Part shown: positions 18,685 through 29,370 of the stretch, piece by piece
Numbering within the stretch: position 1 is the stretch's first letter
How the letters are laid out: the number at the start of each line of letters is the position of its first letter
Origin: Arcobacteraceae bacterium
GTDB lineage: Bacteria; Campylobacterota; Campylobacteria; Campylobacterales; Arcobacteraceae
Length of the DNA: 64,000 bases
Reading direction: 5' to 3'
Assembly: GCA_963662945.1 (NCBI GenBank)
Contig: OY759974.1
Location: forward strand, 480,001-544,000
Position numbers and translations under genes: made by a program
Notes under the pieces: generated by a model
Databases searched by the model: none
What the model saw: the letters and a program-made list of their open reading frames with translations, nothing else
What the model was told of the DNA's origin: nothing

Positions 18685-20100
18685 ATGAAAATATTATTAA
18701 CAGGTGCAAACGGATATATTGGAAGAAGAGTTAAAAATATACTCAAAACCAATCCAAATATCAAACTAAAACTTTTTGTTAGAAATAAACAATCACTATC
18801 GCAAGAGATACTACAAACTTGTGAAGTAATAGAGGGTGATACCTTTAATCTTGATGCTTTAAAAGAAGCACTTAAAGATGTAGATGTAGCATACTATTTC
18901 ATACATTCATTAAATAATGAAAACTATAAAGAACTAGATAAAATATCCGCACAAAACTTTATCCAAACAGCAGAACAATGTGGTGTAAAAAGAGTTATTT
19001 ATCTAGGTGGGCTTGGTGTAAAAGATGAAAATACAAGTGAACATCTTTTAAGTAGACTTGAAACTGGAGAGGTTTTAAGTTCCTCATCAAAAGTGCAAAC
19101 TATTTGGATAAGAGCTGGAGTGATTATAGGTTCTGGAAGTGCTAGTTTTGAGATTATTAGAAATTTAGTTGAGAAACTTCCTGTGATGATAACCCCAAAA
19201 TGGGTAGATACTTATGCACAGCCAATAGCTGTAGATGATGTTATAAACTATCTCATCGCAGCTATAACACTTGAATATGACAAAAATGTAATAGTAGATA
19301 TAGGTACTACAAAAATGAAATACAAAGACCTTATGCTACAAACAGCGGTTGCCTTAGGTTTAAAGAGGTATTTGATTCCTGTCCCTTTTATGAGTATCAA
19401 TATCTCTTCTTATTGGTTAAATCTTTTCACACCTGTCCCATTTACTGTTGCTAAAGCATTAATTGAGGGATTGAAATCAGAAGTTACAATGCAAAATGAC
19501 AATGCAAAAAAATACTTTCCACAAATAACACCTCTTAATTATATTCAAGCTGTTAAAAAAGCTGTTGCAGAGATAGAACAAAATCAAGTGGTAAGTAGAT
19601 GGAGTGATGCCGATGGAAGTAGTTGGGATAAGACACATAGAAAACAGATACATGATGCTATTTTTGTAGATAGAGTTGAGGCTGATATTAGTTCTTATGA
19701 TAAAGCAAAAGTATTTCATGCTGTTAAATCAATAGGTGGAAAAAATGGCTGGTTTGATTATAGCTATTTATGGAGAATACGGGGTTTTATTGATAAACTT
19801 ATTGGTGGAGTTGGATTGAGTCGTGGACGAAGAGATACTTGCGATATCAGACTTGGTGAATGTTTAGATTTTTGGAGAGTAGAAGATATAAAAGAGAATG
19901 AAAGGCTCCTACTCTTTGCACAGATGAAACTACCAGGGGAAGCGTGGCTTGAATTTAAAATTCAAGATAATAAACTTATCCAATCTGCATACTTCTATCC
20001 TCGAGGTATTTGGGGAAGAGTATATTGGTATAGTATGATTCCTATGCACTATTTTATTTTTAAAAATATGATAAAAGGTATTTTAAAAAATAGTGAATAA
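18685..20100 (+). CDS. Atypical SDR oxidoreductase with C-terminal DUF2867 (YbjT-like)
   Basis: TGANGYIG, YYFIHSL, IYLGGLG, RAGVIIGSGSASFE; C-term IGGKNGWF, LDFWRVE, MKLPGEAWLEF. Confidence 0.88.
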   Translation: MKILLTGANGYIGRRVKNILKTNPNIKLKLFVRNKQSLSQEILQTCEVIEGDTFNLDALKEALKDVDVAYYFIHSLNNENYKELDKISAQNFIQTAEQCGVKRVIYLGGLGVKDENTSEHLLSRLETGEVLSSSSKVQTIWIRAGVIIGSGSASFEIIRNLVEKLPVMITPKWVDTYAQPIAVDDVINYLIAAITLEYDKNVIVDIGTTKMKYKDLMLQTAVALGLKRYLIPVPFMSINISSYWLNLFTPVPFTVAKALIEGLKSEVTMQNDNAKKYFPQITPLNYIQAVKKAVAEIEQNQVVSRWSDADGSSWDKTHRKQIHDAIFVDRVEADISSYDKAKVFHAVKSIGGKNGWFDYSYLWRIRGFIDKLIGGVGLSRGRRDTCDIRLGECLDFWRVEDIKENERLLLFAQMKLPGEAWLEFKIQDNKLIQSAYFYPRGIWGRVYWYSMIPMHYFIFKNMIKGILKNSE

Positions 20101-20151
20101 GCTTATTATGATAAAATGTTTTACTAATAAATCTTCCATAAATGAGGTCAA

Positions 20152-22365
20152 ATGATTCGCTACAAGTACAAAATAAAAGGTGTTGTTCAAGGTGTTGGAT
20201 TTCGCCCTTTTATTTATAAACTAGCAAACCAATTTAACCTTACAGGAAATGTCTCTAATGATAGTGATGGTGTAAATTTAGAACTGCAAGGGTATGCAAA
20301 AGATATAGAACTTTTTGATGAAGAGTTTTTAAATTCCCTTCCACCACTAGCCCACATTGATAGTTTTGAAAAACACCCAATTTGTATAGAAAATGAAAGC
20401 ACTTTTGAAATCATTCAAACAAATAATTCAAATCTGAAAACAACACTTATTTCCCCTGATATAAAAGTATGTAATGATTGTCTTAAAGATATAAAAAACA
20501 AAGAGAAATATCACAACTATTTCAATACAAACTGTACAAACTGTGGCCCTAGATATAGTATCATCAAAACATTACCTTATGATAGAATTAATACTTCAAT
20601 GTCTGACTTTACCCTTTGTACAAGTTGTAAAAAAGAGTATGAAAACCCACAAAATAGACGCTATCATGCACAACCAATTTCATGCAAAGAGTGTGGTCCA
20701 CAATTAACACTAACTATCAAAAATAAAGTTGTAAATAATAAAGAAAATGAGATATTTTCAAAAACAGCTAACTTAATTCAAGAGGGAAAAATAGGTGCTA
20801 TAAAAGGAATGGGTGGATTTCATATAGTTTCTGATGCTACAAATGATGATGTAGTACAACGCTTAAGAACTTACAAAAATCGTCCTGCAAAACCTTTTGC
20901 TATCATGTGTAAAGATTTGGAGCAAATTCAAGCTATTGGAAAAGTAAATGCTATAGAAAAACAACTTCTTCTCTCAAAAGAGGCTCCAATAGTTGTACTT
21001 GATAAACTTCAAAACTCCAATATAAGTGATTTAATTGCACCACAGATTAAGAAAATTGGGTGTTTTTTACCCTATACACCTATACATTATCTTCTTTTTG
21101 AACATCTTAATACTCCTATAGTTGCTACAAGTGCAAATATGGGTGGGGAACCTATCATCATATCAAAAAAGGAGATTGAACTAAAGTTACCTTTTATTGA
21201 TTTTATTGTTGATTTTAATCGTGATATCATCAATGCAATTGATGATAGTGTGGTACAAGTTATAGAAAACAAAGTACAAACATTGCGATTAGCAAGAGGA
21301 TATGTGCCAAAAGTTACGAAACTGCCTTTTAAAATTGAGAAAAAGATACTATGTGTTGGAGCAAATAACAAAAGCACTATCACTATAGCCTTTGAAGATA
21401 CAATTATCACTTCACCTCATATTGGAGATTTGGATAATATTAAAGCTTTTGAATATTTTGAAAGAACTATTGAAACTTTTAAAAGGTTTTATGACTTTAA
21501 CCCTGATATTATAGTACACGATTTACACCCAAGTTATGAGACAACAAAATGGGCAAAACAACAAAATATAGAACTAGTTGAAGTACAACATCACTTAGCC
21601 CATATCTATAGTGTAAAAGCTGAACACAACTTACAAAAAAAAGAGTATATAGGCTTCAGTTTTGATGGAACAGGTTATGGTCTTGATGAGACACTTTGGG
21701 GTGGGGAAGTTTTTATAAATGATAAAAGAATGTATCACTTCAAACCTATGAAACTTTTAGGTGGTGAAAAAGCGATAAAAGAGCCTAGAAGAGTTGCCCT
21801 TGCTTTATTGTTTGAGAAATACACTTTAGAAGAGATTATGAAGTTTGATTTAGCACTTACAAAATCATTTTCACAAATAGAACTTTCACTTTTATATCAA
21901 AGCTACCAAAAAAACATCAATAGTTTTGATACAACTTCTGTTGGAAGATTATTTGATGCTGTTGCATCATTTTGTGACCTTTCCCAAGTTTTATCTTATG
22001 AGGGAGAGAGTGGACTTTTACTTGAATCTTATTATGATGAAACTATCACGACAACTTTTAAGTGGAATATCACAGATGATATTATAGATATAAAAATAGT
22101 TGATTTTATTCTCAATAATGATTTTGATGAAAAACTTTTATCATCTATGCTAATTAATACTTTATCAACTATTATTATAGAACTCTCAATCAAACATAGT
22201 TTTGATGTGATACTCTCTGGTGGAGTATTTCAAAATAAAACACTTCTCCAAAAAGTTCTAATAGATTTAAAGATAAATGATAAAAAATACTATATAAATG
22301 AAAAAATTCCACCAAATGATGGTGGTGTTAGTTTAGGTCAAATTTATTATATTTTTAATTCTTAA
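20152..22365 (+). CDS. hypF: Carbamoyltransferase HypF
   Basis: GVVQGVGFRPF, zinc fingers CTNCGPRY and RRYHAQPISC..CGP, KGMGGFH, QHHLAH, DGTGYG, PPNDGGVSLGQ. Confidence 0.97.
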   Translation: MIRYKYKIKGVVQGVGFRPFIYKLANQFNLTGNVSNDSDGVNLELQGYAKDIELFDEEFLNSLPPLAHIDSFEKHPICIENESTFEIIQTNNSNLKTTLISPDIKVCNDCLKDIKNKEKYHNYFNTNCTNCGPRYSIIKTLPYDRINTSMSDFTLCTSCKKEYENPQNRRYHAQPISCKECGPQLTLTIKNKVVNNKENEIFSKTANLIQEGKIGAIKGMGGFHIVSDATNDDVVQRLRTYKNRPAKPFAIMCKDLEQIQAIGKVNAIEKQLLLSKEAPIVVLDKLQNSNISDLIAPQIKKIGCFLPYTPIHYLLFEHLNTPIVATSANMGGEPIIISKKEIELKLPFIDFIVDFNRDIINAIDDSVVQVIENKVQTLRLARGYVPKVTKLPFKIEKKILCVGANNKSTITIAFEDTIITSPHIGDLDNIKAFEYFERTIETFKRFYDFNPDIIVHDLHPSYETTKWAKQQNIELVEVQHHLAHIYSVKAEHNLQKKEYIGFSFDGTGYGLDETLWGGEVFINDKRMYHFKPMKLLGGEKAIKEPRRVALALLFEKYTLEEIMKFDLALTKSFSQIELSLLYQSYQKNINSFDTTSVGRLFDAVASFCDLSQVLSYEGESGLLLESYYDETITTTFKWNITDDIIDIKIVDFILNNDFDEKLLSSMLINTLSTIIIELSIKHSFDVILSGGVFQNKTLLQKVLIDLKINDKKYYINEKIPPNDGGVSLGQIYYIFNS

Positions 22366-22492
22366 AAAGATTTTTATCATCAAAGAATTAAAAATATAGT
22401 ATAAAAATTACTTTTTTTATAATAAATTTTTATATTATTTTAAGTTTATATTAATTGGAAATATATATAATCTTATCAAATCTTAAAAAGGG

Positions 22493-24094
22493 ATGCAAAT
22501 GTTTAATTTTGGGAAGACAGAAGAAGAAAAAGGACGATTAAGTGCAATGGAAGAAAACTTTGCAATCATATCGTTTGAACCAAATGGAACTATATTACAT
22601 GCAAATGAAAATTTTTTAAATGCATTAGGATATAAACTAAATGAAGTAGTTGGAAATCACCATAGAATGTTTTGTGATAAAACATATACAAATTCTAAAG
22701 CATATATTGATTTTTGGAATGATTTAGCCAGTGGAAAATCTCAAATTGATGAGTTTGAAAGAATTAGAAAAGATGGAACTTCTATTTGGATTCAAGCTTC
22801 TTATACTCCTGTTAAAAATGGTCATGGAAAAGTAACGCGTGTAGTCAAATTTGCCCAAGACATTACCGAATCAAAAAAAGTAATAGATGCTGTTAAAAAA
22901 GCTATAGATTTAGCAAAAACAGGGATTATGAAACAAACTATCAAAGAAACAACAACAAATGAGGGGATAGAAGAGCTTAAAAATGGTGTTAATGAGTTAT
23001 TCGAGGTTGTAGCTACTAAAGTAAATGGTGACCTTAATAAAGTTACAAATATTATAACTGCATCACAAAATCTTAACTTCACAACAAGAATAGATGGAGA
23101 GTTGGGTGATGTAGCAAAAGGATTAAATGAACTTTCTGATATTATTAATCAAATGCTTATAGAAAATAAAGCAAACGGACTAACACTAGATAATAGTAGT
23201 GATATATTACTTAAAAATGTAGATATCCTAAACCAAAACTCAAATGAAGCAGCAGCAGCTTTAGAAGAAACAGCAGCAGCCCTAGAAGAGATAACAGGAA
23301 ATATCTCAAACAATACCAATAACATTATCCAAATGGCACAATTAGCTTCAAACGTTACAGAGTCTGCTTCAAGAGGTGAAGCTCTAGCAAATGAAACAAC
23401 TCAAGCTATGAATGAGATAGATAAAGAAGTAAATGCAATCAATGAAGCAATTACAGTTATTGATCAAATTGCATTCCAAACAAATATTTTAAGTTTAAAT
23501 GCAGCAGTAGAAGCTGCAACTGCTGGTGAAGCTGGAAAAGGATTTGCAGTTGTTGCTCAAGAGGTAAGAAACTTAGCATCTCGTTCAGCAGATGCAGCAA
23601 ATGAGATTAAAGCACTAGTACAAAATGCAACTACTAAAGCTAATAATGGAAAAAAAATCTCTGATGAAATGATAAGTGGATATACAGCACTTAATGAAAA
23701 CATCACTAAAACAATAGATTTAATAAAAGATGTTGAGATGGCAAGTAAAGAACAATTAACTGGAATTGAGCAAATTAATGATGCAGTTAATCACTTAGAC
23801 CAACAAACACAACAAAATGCAATGATAGCTTCTCAAACACATGATGTGGCAGTAGATACTGATATGATAGCAAAACTAGTAGTAAGTGATGCAAATGCAA
23901 AAGAGTTTATAGGAAAAAATGATGTAAAAGCTAAAACTATGGATAAACATCAAACAGCTACTCCAAGTAGCTCACCAAAACCTCAAACTTCAAAACAAGA
24001 TATACCCAAACCTGTATCTCAATCTAAACCATCAAAACAAATAGAACCTATTAAAGCTTCTAAAAGTGACGATGATGAATGGGCAAGCTTTTAG
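22493..24094 (+). CDS. Soluble PAS-domain methyl-accepting chemotaxis protein
   Basis: PAS ([24 protein letters not shown]); signalling domain [41 protein letters not shown]-term EWASF; no TM. Confidence 0.93.
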   Translation: MQMFNFGKTEEEKGRLSAMEENFAIISFEPNGTILHANENFLNALGYKLNEVVGNHHRMFCDKTYTNSKAYIDFWNDLASGKSQIDEFERIRKDGTSIWIQASYTPVKNGHGKVTRVVKFAQDITESKKVIDAVKKAIDLAKTGIMKQTIKETTTNEGIEELKNGVNELFEVVATKVNGDLNKVTNIITASQNLNFTTRIDGELGDVAKGLNELSDIINQMLIENKANGLTLDNSSDILLKNVDILNQNSNEAAAALEETAAALEEITGNISNNTNNIIQMAQLASNVTESASRGEALANETTQAMNEIDKEVNAINEAITVIDQIAFQTNILSLNAAVEAATAGEAGKGFAVVAQEVRNLASRSADAANEIKALVQNATTKANNGKKISDEMISGYTALNENITKTIDLIKDVEMASKEQLTGIEQINDAVNHLDQQTQQNAMIASQTHDVAVDTDMIAKLVVSDANAKEFIGKNDVKAKTMDKHQTATPSSSPKPQTSKQDIPKPVSQSKPSKQIEPIKASKSDDDEWASF

Positions 24095-24170
24095 GCTTGC
24101 CTATACCATTAGAAATAAGGCCCTGAAGGGGCAAAAATCCTTAAAATAATACAACGTTGTAAAGATATAA

Positions 24171-25391
24171 CTAAATCCCTATAGGCTCATTTGCTTCCAT
24201 TTTACATTCATTGTTTTTATTACATTCAATATTTGCATCTAGATAAAAAACTCTATCTGTATCTACTTTTAATTGCTCAAAGTAACCTCTTCCTTCAATA
24301 GCTCTAGTTCCTGTTCCACAAAACAATATCACTTCACCCTCTTTTGGGATAGCTTCTACAAATTGTGGTGCTTTTTTATCTCCAACATAAATATTGATTG
24401 CACCTGGTATTGTACCTGATTTAAAATCTGCACTTGAACGAACATCTACAAGAGTAACTGATTTTGGAAGTTGTTTATAATTTTTTATAAACCATTCACC
24501 GTCAACTGTACCTGTATCACTCCCAAGCATTAGGTTACCACTTTTGCTCATTTTAGGTTTTTTATCTACTTTTTTTGTTTGAGAAGTTTTAGAAGAACTT
24601 CCAGTAACTGGATTGCCAACATCTTTCCATTCAGGAAAACCAGCTGCATAAACTTTCACTTTTGTATACCCAAGTGCCACAAGTTTTTTTGCTACATTGT
24701 GTGATTTGTTACAAGCATAACCACCACAATATGTTACGATTGTTGCATGTTTATCAACAGGCATAAGATGTGCATATTTTTCAAATTGTGTATCTGGTAC
24801 ATTAATACTTCCAATAATAGTACTACCAAAAAATTTAGGCCAAGGTCTTGCATCTATAAATAACGCATCTTTCTTTTCAAATATTGCTTTGGCTACATTG
24901 GTATCTACTTCAACATAATTTTTTGCATTCCATTGTGGCATACCTGCAATATAAACTTTTACATTTTTGTGACCTTTTTTCAAAAGTTCAACAGCAACTA
25001 TTGGAGATTTTACACATTTATATCCACCACAATAAACTATTATCTCTTTTGATTTGTCAACTTTTCCCAATACACCCTCATACATTTTATCAAAACTTGT
25101 ATCGGGTAACGCAAGTGCACTTGGAATATGTGATGCTTGATATTTTTTCAATGGTCTTGAATCAATTATTATTGCTTTAGCACCATTTCGTGTACCTTCC
25201 CCAACTGCATTTAAAACATAATTATAATCTACAATTTCTAGCTTATTATCTTGTATTATCTTTTTAACAGAAACTGCTGCTTGTATATCAAATCGCTTTT
25301 GCTCAACACTTGATAAAGCAAATCCATTAGAACTTAATCCTAAAAACACAAATATAACTAGTGAGACTAATTTATTATTTATTTTTTTCAT
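24171..25391 (-). CDS. Exported triple-rhodanese-domain sulfurtransferase
   Basis: Signal peptide; three domains with D(S/A/V)R motif and loops CGGYKC, CGGYAC, CGTGTR. Confidence 0.85.
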   Translation of the reverse strand: MKKINNKLVSLVIFVFLGLSSNGFALSSVEQKRFDIQAAVSVKKIIQDNKLEIVDYNYVLNAVGEGTRNGAKAIIIDSRPLKKYQASHIPSALALPDTSFDKMYEGVLGKVDKSKEIIVYCGGYKCVKSPIVAVELLKKGHKNVKVYIAGMPQWNAKNYVEVDTNVAKAIFEKKDALFIDARPWPKFFGSTIIGSINVPDTQFEKYAHLMPVDKHATIVTYCGGYACNKSHNVAKKLVALGYTKVKVYAAGFPEWKDVGNPVTGSSSKTSQTKKVDKKPKMSKSGNLMLGSDTGTVDGEWFIKNYKQLPKSVTLVDVRSSADFKSGTIPGAINIYVGDKKAPQFVEAIPKEGEVILFCGTGTRAIEGRGYFEQLKVDTDRVFYLDANIECNKNNECKMEANEPIGI

Positions 25392-25522
25392 GACTTCTCC
25401 TTAAAATAAAATTATCACTAAAAAAAGTAACCTATAAGTTACAACCATTTTATCTTCCTCTTATATGAATTGTATCATACTTTTATTAAAGATGAATTAT
25501 CATTCATAACAAAGGAGAAAAA

Positions 25523-26923
25523 ATGGAACAGTTAGTCAAAGAACAAATACAACAGCTACAAAGTTTGAATCGTAGAGATGCCTTGAAACAATTAAGTGTT
25601 TTAGGAGTAACTCCTTATTTGCTTTCTCAAGAAGTACAAGCTTCTGATACTCCACAAAAAACAAATGCTAGAATTGTAATAGTTGGTGGTGGAGCTGCCG
25701 GTATTACTGTTGCAGCAAGATTAACTCGTGCCTTAGATAATCCTAAAATAACTATTATTGAACCAAGTTCTAGACATGTATACCAAGCAGGTCATACTTT
25801 AGTAGGTGGTGGAATTATCAATGCTTCTAAAATCACAAGAACAACAGCAGAGTTTATTCCTGATGGGGTCAAATGGATTCAAGCAAAAGCTACAAATATA
25901 GACCCCGAATCCAATAAAGTTGAAGTTGAAAATGGGCAAGTGTTAGAATATGACTATCTTGTTGTATGTCCAGGTTTACAATATGATTGGAGTAGAATAG
26001 AAGGTTTAAACCCAGAACAAATAGGTGAAAATGGTATCAATACAATCTATACTCTTGAAGGTGCAGAAAAAACATGGAAAAACCTTCAATCATTTGCAAA
26101 AAATGGTGGAGAAGCAATCTTCACACATCCTGATACCCCTATAAAATGTGGTGGTGCTCCTAAAAAGATTTTATATCTTATGGATGACTATATGAGAAAA
26201 GAAGGGACAAGGAAAAAAGCAAAACTAACATACAATTCAAATAGTGGGAAACTTTTTACTATTCCTATTTTTGCAGATGCAATTAAAAAACATTGGGAAG
26301 AAAGAGATATTCATTATAATCTTAAACATAATCTAGTCAAAGTTGATATGGATAAAAAAATTGCCACTTTTAAAACTCAAGTGAAAACAAAAGGAGCTTG
26401 GGATCCTGATCTTGAAGAATTTGGAGAAATTATTGAAGATAAATATACTACAAGAGAGTATGATTTTTTACATGTTCCACCTCCAATGAGTGCTCCTGAT
26501 TTTATAAAAAGCACCCCTCTTCCTTGGGACAAAGGAGACGCAGGAAAACTAGGATTAATCAATGTTGATAAGTATACATTACAACACGTAAAATATAAAA
26601 ATGTATTCTCTTTAGGAGATGTTATAGGTACTCCTTATGGAAGAACTGGTGGAACTGTTAGAAAACAAGCGCCTGTTGTAGTAAAAAATATGTTAGATGT
26701 TATGGCTGGACGTGAGCCAAGTGCAAAATTCAGTGGATACACTGTTTGTCCTATTGTAACCAGATATGGAAAAGTTATGTTAGCTGAATTTGACTATACA
26801 GGAAATCCAGCACCAACTATTCCAGGAATTGATGTAGCAGAAGAACGATGGATGTGGTGGATTATGAAAGTTTACATCCTCGAGCCTATGTATTTTTATG
26901 GAATGCTAAGAGGAAGAGCATAA
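25523..26923 (+). CDS. sqr: Sulfide:quinone oxidoreductase-like flavoprotein with twin-arginine leader
   Basis: NRRDALK; IVIVGGGAAG; KCGGAPKK; NVFSLGD; GYTVCPIVTRYGKVMLAEFDY. Confidence 0.8.
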   Translation: MEQLVKEQIQQLQSLNRRDALKQLSVLGVTPYLLSQEVQASDTPQKTNARIVIVGGGAAGITVAARLTRALDNPKITIIEPSSRHVYQAGHTLVGGGIINASKITRTTAEFIPDGVKWIQAKATNIDPESNKVEVENGQVLEYDYLVVCPGLQYDWSRIEGLNPEQIGENGINTIYTLEGAEKTWKNLQSFAKNGGEAIFTHPDTPIKCGGAPKKILYLMDDYMRKEGTRKKAKLTYNSNSGKLFTIPIFADAIKKHWEERDIHYNLKHNLVKVDMDKKIATFKTQVKTKGAWDPDLEEFGEIIEDKYTTREYDFLHVPPPMSAPDFIKSTPLPWDKGDAGKLGLINVDKYTLQHVKYKNVFSLGDVIGTPYGRTGGTVRKQAPVVVKNMLDVMAGREPSAKFSGYTVCPIVTRYGKVMLAEFDYTGNPAPTIPGIDVAEERWMWWIMKVYILEPMYFYGMLRGRA

Positions 26924-26930
26924 CTTATAC

Positions 26931-26963
26931 AAAGCATATTTTGTATAGTACAAAATATGCTTT
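26931..26963. terminator. Bidirectional terminator between convergent sqr and metY
   Basis: Perfect 15-bp inverted repeat AAAGCATATTTTGTA-tag-TACAAAATATGCTTT. Confidence 0.7.
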
Positions 26964-26973
26964 ACTTTTTATG

Positions 26974-28239
26974 TTATGCTTCCAAAGCTATTCTTAAATC
27001 TTCTATTAAATCATCAGCATTTTCAAGCCCTATACTTAATCTAATAAGTCCTTGTGAAATACCAATTTTGGCTTGTTCTTCTAAAGGTATTTGTTGGTGT
27101 GTTGTTGATGATGGATGAGTAATAATAGATTTTGAGTCACCAATATTTACCACTATTGAAAACAGTTTTGTATTATCAAGTATCTTCCAAGCTGTTTCTT
27201 TATTGGCAACTTCAAAACTTAATAATCCACTACATAATCCATCTTTAAAATAGTGTTTTGACAAACTATTATATTTATTCGTTTCTAATCCTGGATAATT
27301 TAGATTTGAAACTTTTGGATGTGATTCTAAAAATTTTGCTACTTTTAGAGTATTGTGACTATGTTTTTCAATTCGTAAACTCAATGTTTCTAAACTTTGT
27401 ATCAAAGACCACGAATTAAATGGCGATGGAGTTGCTCCAATATCTCGTAAAAGAGAAAGTCTAATTCGTAAATTAAATGGTGGAAATGGCAAATCTGTAT
27501 ACACTAAACCATGATAACTCTCATCAGGTGTAAAAAAGTGTGAGTATCTTGGATTGTCTTTAAAAAACTCCAATAAACCATCTCTATCTATAATCGCACC
27601 ACCCAGTGCTAAACCTTGACCAGAGATATACTTACTACAACTATGGACTACAATGTCTGTTCCATGTGCAATTGGATTTACTAAATATGGAGTTGCAACT
27701 GTATTATCACAAATAGAGATAATCCCATGTTTTTTTGCAACTGCACTAATAGCTTCTATATCTGCTACAGCAATTTGTGGGTTTGAGAGTGACTCAAAAA
27801 ATATCGCTTTTGTTTTATCATCTACAAGTGGTTCTATAGTTGATGGATCATCGAGATTAAAAACTCTCGCTTCTAAACCAAACCTTTTTAAAGTATGTTT
27901 AAAAAGTGTTACACTTCCCCCATAAATTTTATCTGAGATAATAATATTATCCCCTGCTTCTATTAAATTTGAAACAGCATAAAATATAGCTGCTTGACCA
28001 CTAGATGTTGCTAATGCACTAGCACCACCTTCAAGTTCAGCTAATCTAGCTTCTAAAATAGCTGTTGTAGGATTTGTCAATCTTGTATAGATGTTTCCTA
28101 AATCTTGCAGAGTAAATCTGTCTGATGCTTGTTTTGCACTATCAAATGCAAATGCCGTTGTTTGATAAATTGGTACAGCAGTTGTACCTTGTGTATCTTT
28201 TTCATATCCATGATGGATTGCTATTGTTTCTTTATTCAT
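26974..28239 (-). CDS. metY: O-acetylhomoserine sulfhydrylase
   Basis: VPIYQTTAF, GNIYTRLTNPT, DIVVHSCSKYISG, NIGDSKSIITHPSSTTHQQ, LIRLSIGLE. Confidence 0.93.
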   Translation of the reverse strand: MNKETIAIHHGYEKDTQGTTAVPIYQTTAFAFDSAKQASDRFTLQDLGNIYTRLTNPTTAILEARLAELEGGASALATSSGQAAIFYAVSNLIEAGDNIIISDKIYGGSVTLFKHTLKRFGLEARVFNLDDPSTIEPLVDDKTKAIFFESLSNPQIAVADIEAISAVAKKHGIISICDNTVATPYLVNPIAHGTDIVVHSCSKYISGQGLALGGAIIDRDGLLEFFKDNPRYSHFFTPDESYHGLVYTDLPFPPFNLRIRLSLLRDIGATPSPFNSWSLIQSLETLSLRIEKHSHNTLKVAKFLESHPKVSNLNYPGLETNKYNSLSKHYFKDGLCSGLLSFEVANKETAWKILDNTKLFSIVVNIGDSKSIITHPSSTTHQQIPLEEQAKIGISQGLIRLSIGLENADDLIEDLRIALEA

Positions 28240-28356
28240 TATTTGTCCTTTTATTATATTCTTTTTTGTATTTTTGATTTTTTAAACTTTTGTCAAATCT
28301 TTTGGGATATACAACCAAAGCTTATAATAAAATTCAAATAACTTTCAAACTTTATT

Positions 28357-28419
28357 TTAAGTTGCATACCCCTTACGCATGGCGATGCTTCGCATTAGTA
28401 ATAAATTATTGTATTGCAT
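28357..28419 (-). CDS. Possible 20-aa small ORF or leader peptide (MQYNNLLLMRSIAMRKGYAT)
   Basis: AAGGA RBS 6 nt before ATG; lies between cysK and metY; 3' half overlaps a GC-rich hairpin element. Confidence 0.25.
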   Translation of the reverse strand: MQYNNLLLMRSIAMRKGYAT

Positions 28420-28439
28420 TTTTTTCCTTTTAATTACTC

Positions 28440-29360
28440 TTAATTATACAAAGAGGCACTTAAGTATCTCTCACCTGTATCACAAAGGATGGTTACTATA
28501 ATTTTCCCTTTATTTTCAGCTCTCTTTGCTACTTGTGTTGCTGCCCATACATTTGCACCAGCAGAAATACCCACTAGTAACCCCTCATTTTTCGCTAATT
28601 GCCGTGATGTTTCATAGGCATCTTCATCATCAACTTTTATTACCTCATCAAATATTTTCGTATTTAATACCTCAGGAATAAATCCAGCTCCTATACCTTG
28701 TATTTTATGTGGTCCTGCTTGTTCTCCTGATATAACAGCTGAACTTAAAGGTTCTACTGCAATAATCTTAGCATTTCGATTATGTTCTTTTACAACTTCT
28801 GAAATTCCAGTCAAAGTCCCACCAGTTCCAACAGCAGCTACAATAATATCTACTTTTCCATCTGTATCTTTTAATATTTCTAATGCTGTGGTCTCTCTAT
28901 GCATTTGAGGATTTGCAGGATTATTAAACTGTTGTGGCATAAAACTATTTTTTATCTCTTTTACTAACTCTTCTGCTCTTAAAATAGCACCACTCATACC
29001 TTTAGATGCCTCTGTTAAATCTATATTAGCACCCAATGCTTTTAAAAGTTGTCGTCTTTCCAAGCTCATAGACTCAGGCATTGTAAGAGTAAGTTGTAAT
29101 CCTTTGGCAGCACATACCATAGCTAAACCAATACCTGTATTTCCACTTGTTGGTTCTATAATTACCGTATCTTTATTAATTTTACCCTCAGCTATTGCTG
29201 TTTCAATCATTGCTAGGGCTATTCTATCTTTTACAGAACTACTTGGATTCATAAATTCACATTTACCTAAAATTTCGGCACCTGTTTCATTTGAAAATTT
29301 ATTTATTTTTACAAGAGGTGTATTTCCTACTAACTCAGTTACATTTTGTGCTATATTCAT
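28440..29360 (-). CDS. cysK: Cysteine synthase A
   Basis: VGNTPLVKI, NPSSSVKDRIA, EPTSGNTGIGLA, VGTGGT, GPHKIQGIGAGFIP, DTGERYLS. Confidence 0.97.
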   Translation of the reverse strand: MNIAQNVTELVGNTPLVKINKFSNETGAEILGKCEFMNPSSSVKDRIALAMIETAIAEGKINKDTVIIEPTSGNTGIGLAMVCAAKGLQLTLTMPESMSLERRQLLKALGANIDLTEASKGMSGAILRAEELVKEIKNSFMPQQFNNPANPQMHRETTALEILKDTDGKVDIIVAAVGTGGTLTGISEVVKEHNRNAKIIAVEPLSSAVISGEQAGPHKIQGIGAGFIPEVLNTKIFDEVIKVDDEDAYETSRQLAKNEGLLVGISAGANVWAATQVAKRAENKGKIIVTILCDTGERYLSASLYN

Positions 29361-29370
29361 TTACTTATCC

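Noticed and set aside
22348-22398. 16-bp AT-rich inverted repeat at the hypF end
   Set aside because: Almost all A/T with a long loop; at most a weak terminator
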